In this document: in pieces, positions 32,271 through 32,420 of the stretch
How positions within the stretch are numbered: the first letter of the stretch is position 1
Layout of the letters: every line of letters starts with the position of its first letter
NCBI GenBank assembly: GCA_964523275.1
Contig: CAZFZI010000002.1
Coordinates: 3,217 to 35,636, forward strand
Direction: 5' to 3'
Length of the DNA: 32,420 bases
Origin: an uncultured Candidatus Saccharibacteria bacterium
GTDB lineage: Bacteria > Patescibacteriota > Minisyncoccia > Minisyncoccales > UBA5738
Program-made: the position numbers and the translations under genes
Notes under the pieces: generated by a model
The model's database searches: none
Told to the model about the DNA's origin: nothing
What the model saw: the letters and a program-made list of their open reading frames with translations, nothing else

Positions 32271-32306
32271 CATTCCAACGTTCTGCAGAATGTCGGAATG
32301 TTTTTC
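32271..32306 (+). terminator. CTGCAG-centred hairpin 2, rho-independent terminator
   Basis: cattccaacgttctg pairs with cagaatgtcggaatg over 14 positions, including one G:T and one A:C. It is followed by tttttc. Confidence 0.6.
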
Positions 32307-32315
32307 GTTGCGGGG

Positions 32316-32343
32316 TTGACAGTATTTTTTTTGGTGTATTTTA
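32316..32343 (+). promoter_or_regulatory. candidate promoter (TTGACA-16-TGtATTTTA extended -10)
   Basis: TTGACA lies at 32316-32321, TG at 32335-32336 and ATTTTA at 32338-32343. Confidence 0.4.
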
Positions 32344-32374
32344 AGGGCAGAAAATTCACAGGAGATTATTGAGA

Positions 32375-32420
32375 ATGGATTTGGAAGCGCAAGTTTGTGA
32401 AGCGGATATTATCAAGGGAT
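32375..32420 (+). CDS. 5' end of an unidentified CDS (MDLEAQVCEADIIKG...), partial
   Basis: The ATG at 32375 is preceded by AGGAG (32360-32364). The frame stays open to the window edge. Confidence 0.35.
   Translation, partial: MDLEAQVCEADIIKG

Overview
This 32.4-kb window is mostly plus-strand and comes from a small-genome bacterium. It looks like a Candidate Phyla Radiation / Patescibacteria member. That is an inference from three things: no rpmD between rpsE and rplO, a DUF5679-type mini zinc-ribbon gene, and a stand-alone ComEC-type MBL domain.

Core (5960-24348): a fused str-S10-spc ribosomal supercluster, rpsL-rpsG-fusA-tuf-rpsJ-rplC-rplD-rplW-rplB-rpsS-rplV-rpsC-rplP-rpmC-rpsQ-rplN-rplX-rplE-rpsN-rpsH-rplF-rplR-rpsE-rplO-secY-adk-map.

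Left flank: a secreted hypothetical protein (minus), a zinc-ribbon miniprotein, a ComEC-like MBL hydrolase, a long atypical adenylate-kinase paralog, tRNA-Pro(GGG) and rpmB (both minus), an M50 site-2 protease and a small hypothetical protein.

Right flank: a GT2 glycosyltransferase, a GalT-like uridylyltransferase, and an AT-rich island. The island carries a gamma-class N6-adenine DNA methyltransferase and a PD-(D/E)xK nuclease whose frame is split by one in-frame TGA. After it come a small membrane protein, a 752-aa secreted LCAT-like lipase with 34-aa tandem repeats, and tpiA.

The most unusual signal is non-coding. 16 of the 24 gene junctions inside the ribosomal supercluster, plus 3 sites outside it, are filled by 45-165-bp imperfect palindromic repeat cassettes of several related families. 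Many run exactly from the upstream stop codon to the downstream start codon. In the GCGCAAAG family the arm mismatches are strand-asymmetric: C:A in the sense RNA and G:U in the antisense RNA. All calls rest on reading the sequence and recognising motifs. No database search was run.
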